DNA from: Candidatus Helarchaeota archaeon
Lineage (GTDB): Archaea > Asgardarchaeota > Lokiarchaeia > Helarchaeales > RDOG01
DNA: 64,000 nucleotides
Reading direction: 5' to 3'
NCBI GenBank assembly: GCA_019058315.1
Contig: JAHPZH010000003.1
Span: 41,669-105,668, forward strand
In this document: positions 19,387-29,602 of the stretch, one piece after another
Layout: each line of letters begins with the position of its first letter
How positions within the stretch are numbered: the stretch's first letter is position 1
Position numbers and translations under genes: made by a program
Notes under the pieces: generated by a model
Database searches by the model: none
What the model was told of the DNA's origin: nothing
The model's input: only the letters and a program-made list of their open reading frames with translations

Positions 19387-21078
19387 TTGAATTATATTTC
19401 TGGAGTTCTTCTTGAATTGAATATTTATGATTTTGATAAAGAGATACAAAAAGTATTTAATTTCAATTTTTCTAAAATCCAACCTATCAATTGGCGTAAA
19501 TGGCTTGATATATCGTCTATTGAAGAATATGAATCATTAGCTTTAAAACAATCTGGACTTTCAGATATTGATAATGTATTTGAAAGATTGAAAACTGAAA
19601 AAACAAAGCCAAAACAAATTACAATTAATAAAGAAGCCTATTTGAATTCATTTCATGAATCTGATTATCTTTTTCTGTGTCATACATCAGGGACTTCTGG
19701 AGCTGATGTTTCAGATTTAAAATGGATTCATATGTCTGATAAAATCGTTCAAACTATTTGGGCTCCAGGAATGAGAGCTATTTTTGAAGCAAGTGGACTA
19801 AATAGTAGTTCATCGACCGTAATTTTTGTTCCATCTAGGACTTTTACGGATGGTTTAAAGATTGATAAAAATAGAAAAATAATTTCACTTTATTCATCTG
19901 AATTTTCACAGAGACTTATGTTATCATTAATTAGACCAAGAAAATACTTGATTGATCAATATAAGAACTCAAAGAACCTCTTGGTAATAGAAAAAATATT
20001 AGAAATGGATAATATTTCAGTCATTTCAGCTCCTGCATCAACAATATTAACATGGGCAAATGTAGAAAAATTTAGTAGAGGAATAAAGAGATTTTTAGTA
20101 AATAACCCTAAAAATGATCAGATTAAAAATTCTAAACTTTTTAAAAAAATTGAAAATCAAGGTGTAGTTTCAACAGTTAAAGATATACAAAAAGAATTTT
20201 CAAAAATATTCTCTGAATGCACTTTAGTATTAAGTATTTCTTCATTAACAGAACATGAATGGGAGCAAATTCGAAATTTTATGAAATGGGAAAAAGATAA
20301 AGAAAATTTTACCAATCTTTATGTAGGGAGCGAGATAGGTCCATTTTCAGCCTCTATCCGACTTTCAACATCTGAAATCAGCCCTAAAGATAGGATGTTC
20401 GTATTTCCTTTACACATTCCAGTAATAATGAAAAATGGGGAAGCAGATTTACTATCTCGAACAAAACATAGAATCGGTGAGTTATTCATCACGCGAATCT
20501 CACAAGCAGATCCTTTGATAAACATTCAAACTGGAGATATTGTTACTATTAAGGAACAAATAGGGCTTCCACAAATAGGAGGGGATATTTTGAGGGCACC
20601 ATTCAAATTAAAGAAGAAATTTTCAATCATTCCAAAGTATAGATTTACAGAGAATTATACAATTTTTGTAGGAGATTACTTTAATCTTGAAAATGTTGAA
20701 ATAGTTAATCCTCGTCGTCTTTTTGCATGCTTGGCTAAAAAATGCAATTTTCAGCGTGATTCAGTCATGATCCTCAAGTCTCAAGATACTGAACAGCAGT
20801 GGAATATGTTTATACCAATTAAAAATAATGATAGGAAATCAAAATTAAATGATATTTTTCAAAATCTTATTTTTTGCCCATCTGGAAATAATTTAAATAA
20901 TGCCATAACAAAAAAATTTCTTAATCTAGAGATTGTGGATAATATTCCATTAAAAAGTGAGAAATCAAGCAGTGAATTATTAGAACAAGTAAGTAAAGGT
21001 ATAATGCCCAAAGGTATTCTGAAAAAATGGCCATTGTATGTAGCTGTGCCTGATAAGAAAAAAAATCTTAACTCTTGA
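19387..21078 (+). CDS. Divergent adenylate-forming (ANL/GH3/LuxE-like) protein
   Basis: HTSGTSG P-loop, YVGSEIG, QTGDIV motifs. Confidence 0.55.
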   Translation: MNYISGVLLELNIYDFDKEIQKVFNFNFSKIQPINWRKWLDISSIEEYESLALKQSGLSDIDNVFERLKTEKTKPKQITINKEAYLNSFHESDYLFLCHTSGTSGADVSDLKWIHMSDKIVQTIWAPGMRAIFEASGLNSSSSTVIFVPSRTFTDGLKIDKNRKIISLYSSEFSQRLMLSLIRPRKYLIDQYKNSKNLLVIEKILEMDNISVISAPASTILTWANVEKFSRGIKRFLVNNPKNDQIKNSKLFKKIENQGVVSTVKDIQKEFSKIFSECTLVLSISSLTEHEWEQIRNFMKWEKDKENFTNLYVGSEIGPFSASIRLSTSEISPKDRMFVFPLHIPVIMKNGEADLLSRTKHRIGELFITRISQADPLINIQTGDIVTIKEQIGLPQIGGDILRAPFKLKKKFSIIPKYRFTENYTIFVGDYFNLENVEIVNPRRLFACLAKKCNFQRDSVMILKSQDTEQQWNMFIPIKNNDRKSKLNDIFQNLIFCPSGNNLNNAITKKFLNLEIVDNIPLKSEKSSSELLEQVSKGIMPKGILKKWPLYVAVPDKKKNLNS

Positions 21079-21092
21079 ATTTTATATTATTA

Positions 21093-22661
21093 TTATTTTT
21101 TTAATATTTTAAATATATTTTCACTAGCAATATACCCACTTAACATTACTGATGCAACACCCCCACCAGGAAATGTCCATTGACCAGCAAGAACAACATT
21201 TTTAATAGGAGTATGAGCATTTATTGGATCTTTCATTAAAAATTCTGGAGTTTGTTTCCAACCCAAATGCGCTCCATTTTTATTTCCTGAATACTTACGT
21301 AATGTTAGTGGAGTTGCGATATCTATCACTTCTATATGTTCTTCCAGATTTGGAATTGAAAGAGCTTTACTGATACCATCGATAAATTGTTTTTTGATTT
21401 TCTCTTTTTCTTTCCTATATTCTTTACTCAAACTTCCATCAGCATTTATAAATTCCTTATAGGGGTCCATCGTTGTATAATATATTGAAGATATGACTGT
21501 TTTTCCTTCCGGACAACAAGTTGGATCAATATTATTATAAATAGTTATCATTTCAATTGGTAAATTTGTATAATCTCGATTCTTTATAATTCTTTTAATA
21601 TTTTTAGGTGTGTTTTCATTATGACGATACAACCATAACTCATAATCTTTTGTTTCTAATTCTTTAGGGTCAATATCTAACCCCATAAAACAAATAATTG
21701 AAGAATATGTAGTTTGTCTTTTTCTTAATTTATTTATATATTTTCTTGGAAGGGTTCCTGGAGGGCATAATTTTGTTGCAAAATCAGTAACATCACAATT
21801 TACTATCAAACTATTTAACTTTGGTTCTAATTCTTCACCTTTATTATTTTGAATTAAAACACTTTTTGCTTTTTTATTTTCAATTTTTATACGTTTAGCT
21901 TGATGATTTAATAATATTTTTCCACCATTTGTAATAAAAATATCTGCTAATGTTTGTGAAAATTTTCCAGAACCTCCTTTTGGATAAAAAGCCCCCTCAA
22001 ATCGATAAGACATTTCACCCATAAGGAAATTAATAGCACTCATTTCATGCCTAAATAATCCAAAACTTGTACAAAAGGAAGACATTGTTTCCTTGAGGAC
22101 TGGATCTTTTATATATTTATCAATTATGGAACTTAATGGTTTATATACGGTCCGGAGAAATCGTATTGAAGTAGATAAACGACTGAAAAATAATCCAAGC
22201 TTTCCGAAAAGTGATTCTTTACGCATATAATCCATCAACCATCTGACTACTTCACTGTATTTATCATAAAATGAGCGAATACCTTTTTCTTCGTGAGGAA
22301 AGAGTTTAATTAATTCACTTACATAATCATCTAGCAAAATGGGGGCATGAAAATCAATTCCATGTTCTATATCAACCCAGTGAATAACTTCTTTTAACGG
22401 AATAAATTCCATTGAATTTTCAGCATCAAATTTTTTTAATATCTCATTAATCATTCCACCTTCTCCACATCCATTTATCCAGTGAATATTAGTATCAAAT
22501 CGATAATCTTTCCTATTAAAATTAACACAATACCCTCCCACTTTTGGATTTTTCTCAATTATTAATACTTTATATCCTTTCTTAACTAATATATTTCCTG
22601 CTGTAAGTCCGCCCATACCTGCTCCAATTATTATTACATCAAATAGCGAGTTTTTTTCCAC
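21093..22661 (-). CDS. Phytoene desaturase/retinol saturase-family FAD oxidoreductase
   Basis: GAGMGGL dinucleotide motif, FYPKGG, ATPLTL, AGQWTFPGGGV. Confidence 0.88.
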   Translation of the reverse strand: MEKNSLFDVIIIGAGMGGLTAGNILVKKGYKVLIIEKNPKVGGYCVNFNRKDYRFDTNIHWINGCGEGGMINEILKKFDAENSMEFIPLKEVIHWVDIEHGIDFHAPILLDDYVSELIKLFPHEEKGIRSFYDKYSEVVRWLMDYMRKESLFGKLGLFFSRLSTSIRFLRTVYKPLSSIIDKYIKDPVLKETMSSFCTSFGLFRHEMSAINFLMGEMSYRFEGAFYPKGGSGKFSQTLADIFITNGGKILLNHQAKRIKIENKKAKSVLIQNNKGEELEPKLNSLIVNCDVTDFATKLCPPGTLPRKYINKLRKRQTTYSSIICFMGLDIDPKELETKDYELWLYRHNENTPKNIKRIIKNRDYTNLPIEMITIYNNIDPTCCPEGKTVISSIYYTTMDPYKEFINADGSLSKEYRKEKEKIKKQFIDGISKALSIPNLEEHIEVIDIATPLTLRKYSGNKNGAHLGWKQTPEFLMKDPINAHTPIKNVVLAGQWTFPGGGVASVMLSGYIASENIFKILKK

Positions 22662-22750
22662 AAATATACCCTCACTATATTTGGATTAAAAAAATTAATA
22701 TTAATTCTTTTAACTCAAAATGATTTATTATTTACCTAAAAATTTAAATG

Positions 22751-22784
22751 CTAGACATCTACTATTATAGTGTAGATATCTACA
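22751..22784. promoter_or_regulatory. Second operator-like palindrome TGTAGATATCTACA (22771-22784) with a degenerate copy CTAGACATCTAC 21 bp upstream
   Basis: Perfect 14-bp palindrome in the divergent intergenic region between 22661(-) and 22890(+). Confidence 0.55.
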
Positions 22785-22889
22785 AGAATTTAATAAAAAT
22801 ACTTAAATATCAAAAAAGATAATGTAAAGATCGTATTTATATAAAAATCTTTATTATAAATTTTTGGAGTTTTATTTTGGATAAAAAAT

Positions 22890-23459
22890 TTGGGTGTGTC
22901 GAAATTGATTAAAATGTTAGAAAATCATTCAGCTCACCATTCAGATTTAAGTTTTGGCGAGGTAACAAGCAAAATAAAAAATAGTTTAATGCCGATTTTT
23001 GATTTTTTGAAAAAAATGGATAAATTTAGAAATAAGTTTAATCAGAATATTAATGAATATTTTAAAGAAAACTTATTAGCTTTATTGATAATGTCCAAAG
23101 AATCAGGAAAGGTTCTTTATAGCCATATAAGTGATGAACTTATTGATCCTGATTTGATTGGTGGATTTTTAACTGCAATTCAAGATTTTGGTAATGAACT
23201 TTTTTCAAAAGAATCACCTATTAAAGAACTTTGTTATAAAGATTTTAAAATTAAAATTGAAGATGGAAAATATACAAGAGTTGTCATGGTATTATTAGAT
23301 AACCCAAATGAATTATTTAAAAAATCAATTTCAGAGAAGATGAGAGATTTTCTTTTTTCATTTGAATTAATTTATCGAAATAAATTGCAAAAATGGAATG
23401 GTAGAATCGATGGTTTCGATGATGTAGATTCATTACTTCAAGAATTTTTCTTTGCTTAA
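22890..23459 (+). CDS. Asgard-type longin/roadblock-like domain protein
   Basis: LLIMSKESGKVLYS...DPDLIGGFLTAIQDFGNEL...WNG pattern typical of Asgard longin-like domains. Confidence 0.6.
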   Translation: MGVSKLIKMLENHSAHHSDLSFGEVTSKIKNSLMPIFDFLKKMDKFRNKFNQNINEYFKENLLALLIMSKESGKVLYSHISDELIDPDLIGGFLTAIQDFGNELFSKESPIKELCYKDFKIKIEDGKYTRVVMVLLDNPNELFKKSISEKMRDFLFSFELIYRNKLQKWNGRIDGFDDVDSLLQEFFFA

Positions 23460-23501
23460 TAATTGATTCAGCCTTAAACTTCTATTTTTTAGAGATTTGA
23501 A

Positions 23502-24443
23502 TTATTGAGAATTTTTTATCATTTCATTCAATAAAACTTTATTTTTTTCAGCGATTTCTTCTGGAACTGTGACTAAATATTCTTCAGGTTGTTTTTCTAT
23601 CACGTATTTTATAGATTCCAATGTATTTTTTTTCATGTTATAACAGATTGGTTTGTCATGTGCCTTATATATTTTCTTATTTTTGGTTTCTCTTTCTAAT
23701 TTCTGAAGTAAGCCAATTTCTGTGGCGATAATAAATTCATCAAATTCCGAATCCACAACAAATTTAAACATTTGACTTGTAGAGCCAATAAAATCAGTAA
23801 TTTCTTGAACTTCTGGACGACATTCAGGATGGGCAAGAATTAGTGCCTTTGGATGGTCTTTTTTAACATTTTTTATGTATTTAGCATCAAATTTTTCATG
23901 TACTATACAACATCCTTTTAAAGGAATTGGATTGACTGTGATATTTAATTTAGATTGAATATAATAAGCCATATTCTTGTCAGGTGCAAAATTTATAAGA
24001 GGTTTGTTGATTAATTTTGCAATTTTTAAAGCATTAGCAGAAGTACAAATATAATCTGCTTGTGCTCTAGCAGCTGCAGTGGTGTTTATATACATCATTA
24101 AGGGGATTTCGGGATTAATAGTTTTTATCTTTTTCATTAATTTCTCAGGTGCACCTCTTGCCATTGGACAGAAAGCCTCATAATTCCCAATATAAACCTT
24201 CTTTGTGGGGTTTAATATTGCCCCAGATTCAGCCATGAACCATACTGCTGCAAAAATCATATTATTTGCTGAATCCGCCTTTTTTGCAAATTCTGCCAAC
24301 TTGAGACTATCAGCACAAAAATCTGCGATTACTTGAATTTCAGGAACTTGATAATTATGAGCAAGAATAAGAAAATCATGTTTTTCCTTTAGTTTTAAAA
24401 TTTCATTTTGTAAATTCTTAATTTTTTCAGGAAAATTTGACAT
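23502..24443 (-). CDS. nadA: Quinolinate synthase
   Basis: ILAHNYQ, FMAE, CPMA, YINT, CTSANA, CIVH, AHPEC, CYNMK. Confidence 0.95.
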   Translation of the reverse strand: MSNFPEKIKNLQNEILKLKEKHDFLILAHNYQVPEIQVIADFCADSLKLAEFAKKADSANNMIFAAVWFMAESGAILNPTKKVYIGNYEAFCPMARGAPEKLMKKIKTINPEIPLMMYINTTAAARAQADYICTSANALKIAKLINKPLINFAPDKNMAYYIQSKLNITVNPIPLKGCCIVHEKFDAKYIKNVKKDHPKALILAHPECRPEVQEITDFIGSTSQMFKFVVDSEFDEFIIATEIGLLQKLERETKNKKIYKAHDKPICYNMKKNTLESIKYVIEKQPEEYLVTVPEEIAEKNKVLLNEMIKNSQ

Positions 24444-24564
24444 TTTTAATCGGACTATAAATTGATTTTTATATTAAAACACAGTATTTCAGAATTTTAA
24501 AGATTGTTTAGAATTAATTAAAAATATAGATAGATTTATTTAAATTAGTATAATCTTATAGTTT

Positions 24565-24579
24565 TATAACAGTGATAAC
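24565..24579. promoter_or_regulatory. Operator variant TATAACAGTGATAAC upstream of the HTH regulator
   Basis: Follows a cttata TATA-like box; suggests autoregulation. Confidence 0.65.
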
Positions 24580-24612
24580 AAACAAAATCTTCTTCAAGTA
24601 ATTAAAATCTTA

Positions 24613-25032
24613 ATGGTGAATTATATGTTATTTCCTTGTGAAATGATTGTCAAAAAAATATTGCCCGCATTTAGAGCATATTTAGTAAAACAATTGTATG
24701 AAAAATATAAAATGAAACAAAATGATATTGCAAAATGTTTAGGAATTACACAACCCAGTGTTAGCTTGTATCTTTCAGGCGAAAGGGGAGGGTTTGAAGA
24801 TATTTTTAAATCTGAAGAAGTAGCTAAAAATATAAAGGTACTCGATGAATTATCTGAAAAGTTAGTAAATAAAAAATTATCAGAACAAGAATTAATGGAA
24901 GATATGTGTCAATTATGTTCACTTTTAAGAAAAATGGGGGCATACTGTGAAATTCATGGTGAATTGGACAAGAACCGTAAGGTTCCTTGTGGATTATGTG
25001 ACGTATGTTTTGGGGAGAAAGAAAAGCTTTAA
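24613..25032 (+). CDS. XRE-type HTH transcriptional regulator (COG2522/ThiR-N-like) with Cys-rich C-terminus
   Basis: PCEMIVKKILPAFRA, QNDIAKCLGITQPSVSLYLSGERG HTH; CQLC...CEIH...CGLCDVC. Confidence 0.88.
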   Translation: MVNYMLFPCEMIVKKILPAFRAYLVKQLYEKYKMKQNDIAKCLGITQPSVSLYLSGERGGFEDIFKSEEVAKNIKVLDELSEKLVNKKLSEQELMEDMCQLCSLLRKMGAYCEIHGELDKNRKVPCGLCDVCFGEKEKL

Positions 25033-25106
25033 TTTTTTCTAGCTAGTGCTCATTTTTTTATTCAATTGAGATAAATTTGTCAATAAAAACTTTTATATAG
25101 TTGGTT

Positions 25107-25140
25107 TATTACACTGTTATACTGAGATAACATTGTTATA
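25107..25140. promoter_or_regulatory. Tandem operators TATTACACTGTTATA (25107-25121) and GATAACATTGTTATA (25126-25140)
   Basis: Downstream of aaaaac-ttttata (BRE/TATA); upstream of the operon ending in cysE-cysK. Confidence 0.85.
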
Positions 25141-25201
25141 AAAATGAATTTTTGAATTAATTAAATGTTTGGAAAATATAAACGAAAATTCTGTTTAATG
25201 G

Positions 25202-26002
25202 GTGAATAAGATGACAATGGTAAAAAGAAAAATCATAAAAATTGATGACGAATTATGTACTGGATGCGGTAGTTGTATTCCAGCTTGTCCTGAGCAAGCA
25301 TTAGAAATTGTTGATACGCCAAAGGGAAAAAAGGCAAGGATTATAAAAGATCTCTACTGCGATGGACTTGGTGCTTGTCTTGGTGATTGTCCGATTGGTG
25401 CCTTAACAATTGTGGAAAAAGAAACAGACCCATATGATGATGATGCGACCATTGAGCGGATAAAAGAAGTAGCACCCGAAATGCTAGCAACTCATATAAA
25501 ACATATGGAAGAACATACAACTGAATTGGCAGAACAACATACACATGAAATTCATCCAGAGATACATACTTGTACTTCATCTAGAGTTCTTGATTGGACA
25601 AATGAAGAAACTTCAACTGGAACAACAGCGAGAATTGATTCACAATTGAGACAATGGCCTGTTCAGCTCCATTTAGTTCCACCAAATGCTCCATATTTCC
25701 AAAATGCAGACTTAGTAATAGTTGCTGATTGTGTTCCGTTTTCCTATGCCAACTTTCACCACGATTTTATAAAAGGGCACCCCATTGCTGTAGGTTGTCC
25801 AAAACTGGACGATGCAAAAGCTTATGTTGAAAAAATTGCACAAATCATTAGTGTTTCAAATTTAAAGAGCATTCAAGTCGTTCATATGGAAGTTCCTTGT
25901 TGTTTTGGTCTTGTGCAGATTGTTCACCAAGCATTAAAGAAAGCAGGAAAATCAGTCCCAATTAAAGAAATTACAATAAGCATTAAGGGACAAAAAAAAT
26001 AA
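25202..26002 (+). CDS. 4Fe-4S dicluster ferredoxin-like protein with C-terminal Cys-containing domain
   Basis: CTGCGSCIPACP, CDGLGACLGDCP, QWPVQL, ADC, GCPKLD, MEVPCC. Confidence 0.88.
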   Translation: MNKMTMVKRKIIKIDDELCTGCGSCIPACPEQALEIVDTPKGKKARIIKDLYCDGLGACLGDCPIGALTIVEKETDPYDDDATIERIKEVAPEMLATHIKHMEEHTTELAEQHTHEIHPEIHTCTSSRVLDWTNEETSTGTTARIDSQLRQWPVQLHLVPPNAPYFQNADLVIVADCVPFSYANFHHDFIKGHPIAVGCPKLDDAKAYVEKIAQIISVSNLKSIQVVHMEVPCCFGLVQIVHQALKKAGKSVPIKEITISIKGQKK

Positions 26003-26030
26003 CTCTTTTTTTTTCTTTAGAGGTGAAAAT

Positions 26031-27086
26031 ATGAGTAGTTTTAATAATGCAGGTAAATTAACACCAGAAGATTTTGACAAATATATTTTTCCATATTTAG
26101 GTGCTTCAAATAAAAATGTATTAGTCGGACCTAAACATGGAGTAGATGCGGCAGTGGTTGATCTCGGTGATAAATTAATGGTTGTAGCAGAGGATCCAAC
26201 ATATGGACTTCCCTCTTTGGGATTTAAAAAATTTGGCTGGGCAATAGTCCATATTTGTTGTTCAGATGTAGCATGCCTTGCAGCAAAGCCAGAACTTATG
26301 ACCATATGTCTATTATTACCTCCAGAAACTCAAAAATCTGTATTACAAGATGTTATGACTACAATGAATACCGAATGTAAAAAATTGGGGGTTTCTTTGA
26401 TAGGAGGACACACTGGAGTAATACCTGGAATTACTTTTCCATTGAATGGCGGCTGTACAGTTTTTGGCTTTACAACTAAAGATAAATTAATAGTACCTAG
26501 TGGTGCTAGGGTAGGTGATAAAGTGATAGTCACAAAAGGTGCAGCCGTAGAAGCCGCTTCCATTTTAGCTCTGCAATATCCTAGTGGGCTTGAAAAAAAA
26601 TTTGGAACTGATCTAGTAAAAAATGCCCAGGAAATGTTTTATGATATGTCTGTAGTTAAAGATGCTATGGTTACAAGAGAGATTAATGGAGTTAGTGCGA
26701 TGCATGATGCAACAGAGGGTGGAGTTTTAGGTGGAATTTATGAAGTTGGTAATGCGAGCAATGTAGGTATGAAAATATATAAAGACCAAATCATATTAAC
26801 TGATGAAGCTAGTAAAATTTGTGATTTCTTTGAGATCGACCCTTATTATTCAATAAGTGAAGGTACTTTAGTTATTACCGTCAGTGAAAATGCTGCTGAA
26901 GATGTTCTAAAAGCTCTTAAAAAGGAAAAAATTAACGCATCCATTGTAGGAGAATGTGTTGATAAGAATCAAGGTATGCAACTCTTTGAAACAGATCGTC
27001 AGATAGGCACATTTAGATTCCCAGAAACAGATCCTTTTTGGGCAGCATATTTCAAAGCGATTGAGTATTCTCAGGAGATAAAATAA
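26031..27086 (+). CDS. AIR synthase-family protein (PurM/HypE/ThiL/SelD superfamily)
   Basis: GVDAAV, EDP, SDVA, GGHT, MHDATEGG, ISEG. Confidence 0.85.
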   Translation: MSSFNNAGKLTPEDFDKYIFPYLGASNKNVLVGPKHGVDAAVVDLGDKLMVVAEDPTYGLPSLGFKKFGWAIVHICCSDVACLAAKPELMTICLLLPPETQKSVLQDVMTTMNTECKKLGVSLIGGHTGVIPGITFPLNGGCTVFGFTTKDKLIVPSGARVGDKVIVTKGAAVEAASILALQYPSGLEKKFGTDLVKNAQEMFYDMSVVKDAMVTREINGVSAMHDATEGGVLGGIYEVGNASNVGMKIYKDQIILTDEASKICDFFEIDPYYSISEGTLVITVSENAAEDVLKALKKEKINASIVGECVDKNQGMQLFETDRQIGTFRFPETDPFWAAYFKAIEYSQEIK

Positions 27087-27686
27087 GTGGATATTTATAA
27101 TGAAAAAGATCTAGTTTTAGGTAACCTGTGCAGAGCTTTAAAAATTTTACAAAATAGTAAAAATTTTTATAAGTTAATCCCAGAGGTTAGAATTAATTTC
27201 GTTTATGCCTTAAAAAATGCAAAACTACCTTCTGATGTAGCAGGTATTCCTGGTAGAATTACAGCTATAGGTGATAAACTAATTTTTCCATCCTATCCGC
27301 AATTCGGAGTTTCTGATCATATGGCACGAGCAATGATTGAAATTATGAAATATAATTCCAGTAAGAGAGCAGGTATCAATTTTAAATATACTGATGAATT
27401 AAGAAATTGGATTAAAGAGTATAGTAAAAGAAATAACCTAATTTTTGGATTAATTGATAGATCTAAAGAACCAAAAGAAGTTAGTAGAATTGATGGTCAT
27501 TCCATGCCATGGAAGATTAAAAATTTAATCGAAAGTACTAACAAAGAGGTCCCTGACATCTTTTACGAAAATGAAGCTCTTGGCAAAGAACCATTATTTG
27601 TATTAATCGGAAATTCCGCAATTGAAGTTGCTGAAAAAGTAATAGAAATTACTTCAAGTTTTTATAAAGAGGTTGATGAATTATGA
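27087..27686 (+). CDS. thiN: ThiN-type thiamine-phosphate synthase-family protein
   Basis: [36 protein letters not shown]. Confidence 0.8.
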   Translation: MDIYNEKDLVLGNLCRALKILQNSKNFYKLIPEVRINFVYALKNAKLPSDVAGIPGRITAIGDKLIFPSYPQFGVSDHMARAMIEIMKYNSSKRAGINFKYTDELRNWIKEYSKRNNLIFGLIDRSKEPKEVSRIDGHSMPWKIKNLIESTNKEVPDIFYENEALGKEPLFVLIGNSAIEVAEKVIEITSSFYKEVDEL

Positions 27687-28516
27687 TTAAAAAAGATGGA
27701 TTAAATTTTCATTGCCTTAGTTGTGGAGATCTTCTAGGAGAAAAGGATCAAGAGGCTCTTTGTACTAAATGTCTCTTGAATCTTGAGTTTGATGTTGGTC
27801 AAATTGATTTCGACCATATGAAAGATCATATATTACAAATTCTAGACCATTTTTCATCCGATGTAAGATCAGCTTTTGAAAAAGATCCAGCAGCTAGGTC
27901 AATAGTTGAAGTATTAACTTCTTATCCAGGAATTAAAGCAATACTTCTTCATAGAGTTGCACATTTCTTTTATGAAGTAGGATTACCATTTGTTCCACGT
28001 TTTTTATCAGATGTTTCAAGACAAATTACTGGAATTGATATTCACCCTGGAGCGGAAATAGGGAGTAATTTTTTTATTGATCATGGCTCGGGTACTGTTA
28101 TTGGTGAAACTGCAGAGGTTGGAGATAATTGTACACTTTATCAAAATGTAACTTTGGGAGGTACAAGTCTAAAACGAGAAAAACGACATCCAACTTTAGG
28201 TAATAATGTAGTTATAGGGGCTGGTGCAAAACTTCTTGGACCTATAAAGATCGGAAATAATGTAAAAGTGGGAGCAAATTCTGTCGTTACGAAAGATATT
28301 CCTGATAATGCTGTAGTTGTAGGGGTACCTGGGAGGATAATTTCAAGAGAAGGTAAAAAAATACCCCGAATTGATTTAGATCATGCAGATTTACCTGACC
28401 CTATAGTTAATCTAATTAAAAGACTTGAAGAGAGGATCATAAATTTAGAACATAAAACCACTGAAGATGAGGAAGAATTGGGAGAAGAATTTTTTGATTA
28501 TGGAGGAGGAATATAG
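27683..28516 (+). CDS. cysE: Serine O-acetyltransferase with N-terminal CxxC-x12-CxxC extension
   Basis: [28 protein letters not shown] hexapeptide repeats; ends FFDYGGGI. Confidence 0.93.
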   Translation: MIKKDGLNFHCLSCGDLLGEKDQEALCTKCLLNLEFDVGQIDFDHMKDHILQILDHFSSDVRSAFEKDPAARSIVEVLTSYPGIKAILLHRVAHFFYEVGLPFVPRFLSDVSRQITGIDIHPGAEIGSNFFIDHGSGTVIGETAEVGDNCTLYQNVTLGGTSLKREKRHPTLGNNVVIGAGAKLLGPIKIGNNVKVGANSVVTKDIPDNAVVVGVPGRIISREGKKIPRIDLDHADLPDPIVNLIKRLEERIINLEHKTTEDEEELGEEFFDYGGGI

Positions 28517-28530
28517 GAGGGAATAAAAAT

Positions 28531-29460
28531 ATGTCAAAAATATATAATAATATAATAGAGACTATTGGAAATACTCCAATAGTGAAAATTAATAGAATAA
28601 ATAAAAATCTTAATCTAAAACCAACAATTTTAGTTAAATTAGAATCTTTTAATCCAGCTAGTAGTGTCAAAGATCGTATAGCAATGGCTATGATTGAAGA
28701 TGCAGAAAAAGCGGGAATTATTAAACCAGATAGTCATATAGTTGAACCCACAAGTGGAAATACGGGGATTGGTCTCGCTATTATCTGTGCTGCAAAGGGA
28801 TATAAATTGACTTTGACAATGCCAGAAAGTATGTCGATAGAAAGGAGAAAAATATTAAAAGCATTTGGAGCAGATTTGGTTTTAACCGAGCCAAGTAAGG
28901 GAATGAAAGGAGCAATTATGAAAGCAGAAGAATTAGCAAAGGACTCCGATAAGATTTATATACCTCAACAATTCAAAAACCTTTCAAACCCAAGAATACA
29001 CAGAGAAACTACTGCTGTAGAAATTCTAGAAGCAACAGGTGGTAAATTGGATGCTTTTGTTTCTGGTATTGGAACCGGAGGGACAATAACAGGAGTTGGT
29101 GAAGTTCTTAAAGAAAAGATCAAGAATATTAAAATTTATGCTGTCGAACCTGAGGGATCTCCAGTTTTATCTGGAGGAACACCTGGACCCCATAAAATTC
29201 AAGGAATTGGAGCTGGATTCATTCCAGATGTATTAAATACTAAAATATATGATGAAGTAATTAAAGTAAATTATGAACAAGCCTCAGAATCTGCAAGAAA
29301 TTTAGCTAAATTAGAAGGAATTTTCGTAGGAATATCCTCTGGAGCTGCAATGTATGCAACATTAACAGTAGCGAAAAGAATGGATAAAAATCAGGTTATT
29401 TTAGGAATACTTCCTGATACTGGTGAACGATACTTAACTACAGAATTATGGAACTATTAA
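28531..29460 (+). CDS. cysK: Cysteine synthase A
   Basis: NPASSVKDRIA, EPTSGNTG, GTGGT, HKIQGIGAG, PDTGERY. Confidence 0.96.
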   Translation: MSKIYNNIIETIGNTPIVKINRINKNLNLKPTILVKLESFNPASSVKDRIAMAMIEDAEKAGIIKPDSHIVEPTSGNTGIGLAIICAAKGYKLTLTMPESMSIERRKILKAFGADLVLTEPSKGMKGAIMKAEELAKDSDKIYIPQQFKNLSNPRIHRETTAVEILEATGGKLDAFVSGIGTGGTITGVGEVLKEKIKNIKIYAVEPEGSPVLSGGTPGPHKIQGIGAGFIPDVLNTKIYDEVIKVNYEQASESARNLAKLEGIFVGISSGAAMYATLTVAKRMDKNQVILGILPDTGERYLTTELWNY

Positions 29461-29602
29461 ATCTAGCCTTTTTCTATTATTTTGATTTATTGATTGATAA
29501 TATTCTTATTTTTTTTCTTCCATTTTTCAATAAATTCCAATTATTTCCTCAATATTGTCATTATTTTTTAAAATTTTTAAATGATAATATTATACTTTGA
29601 TC

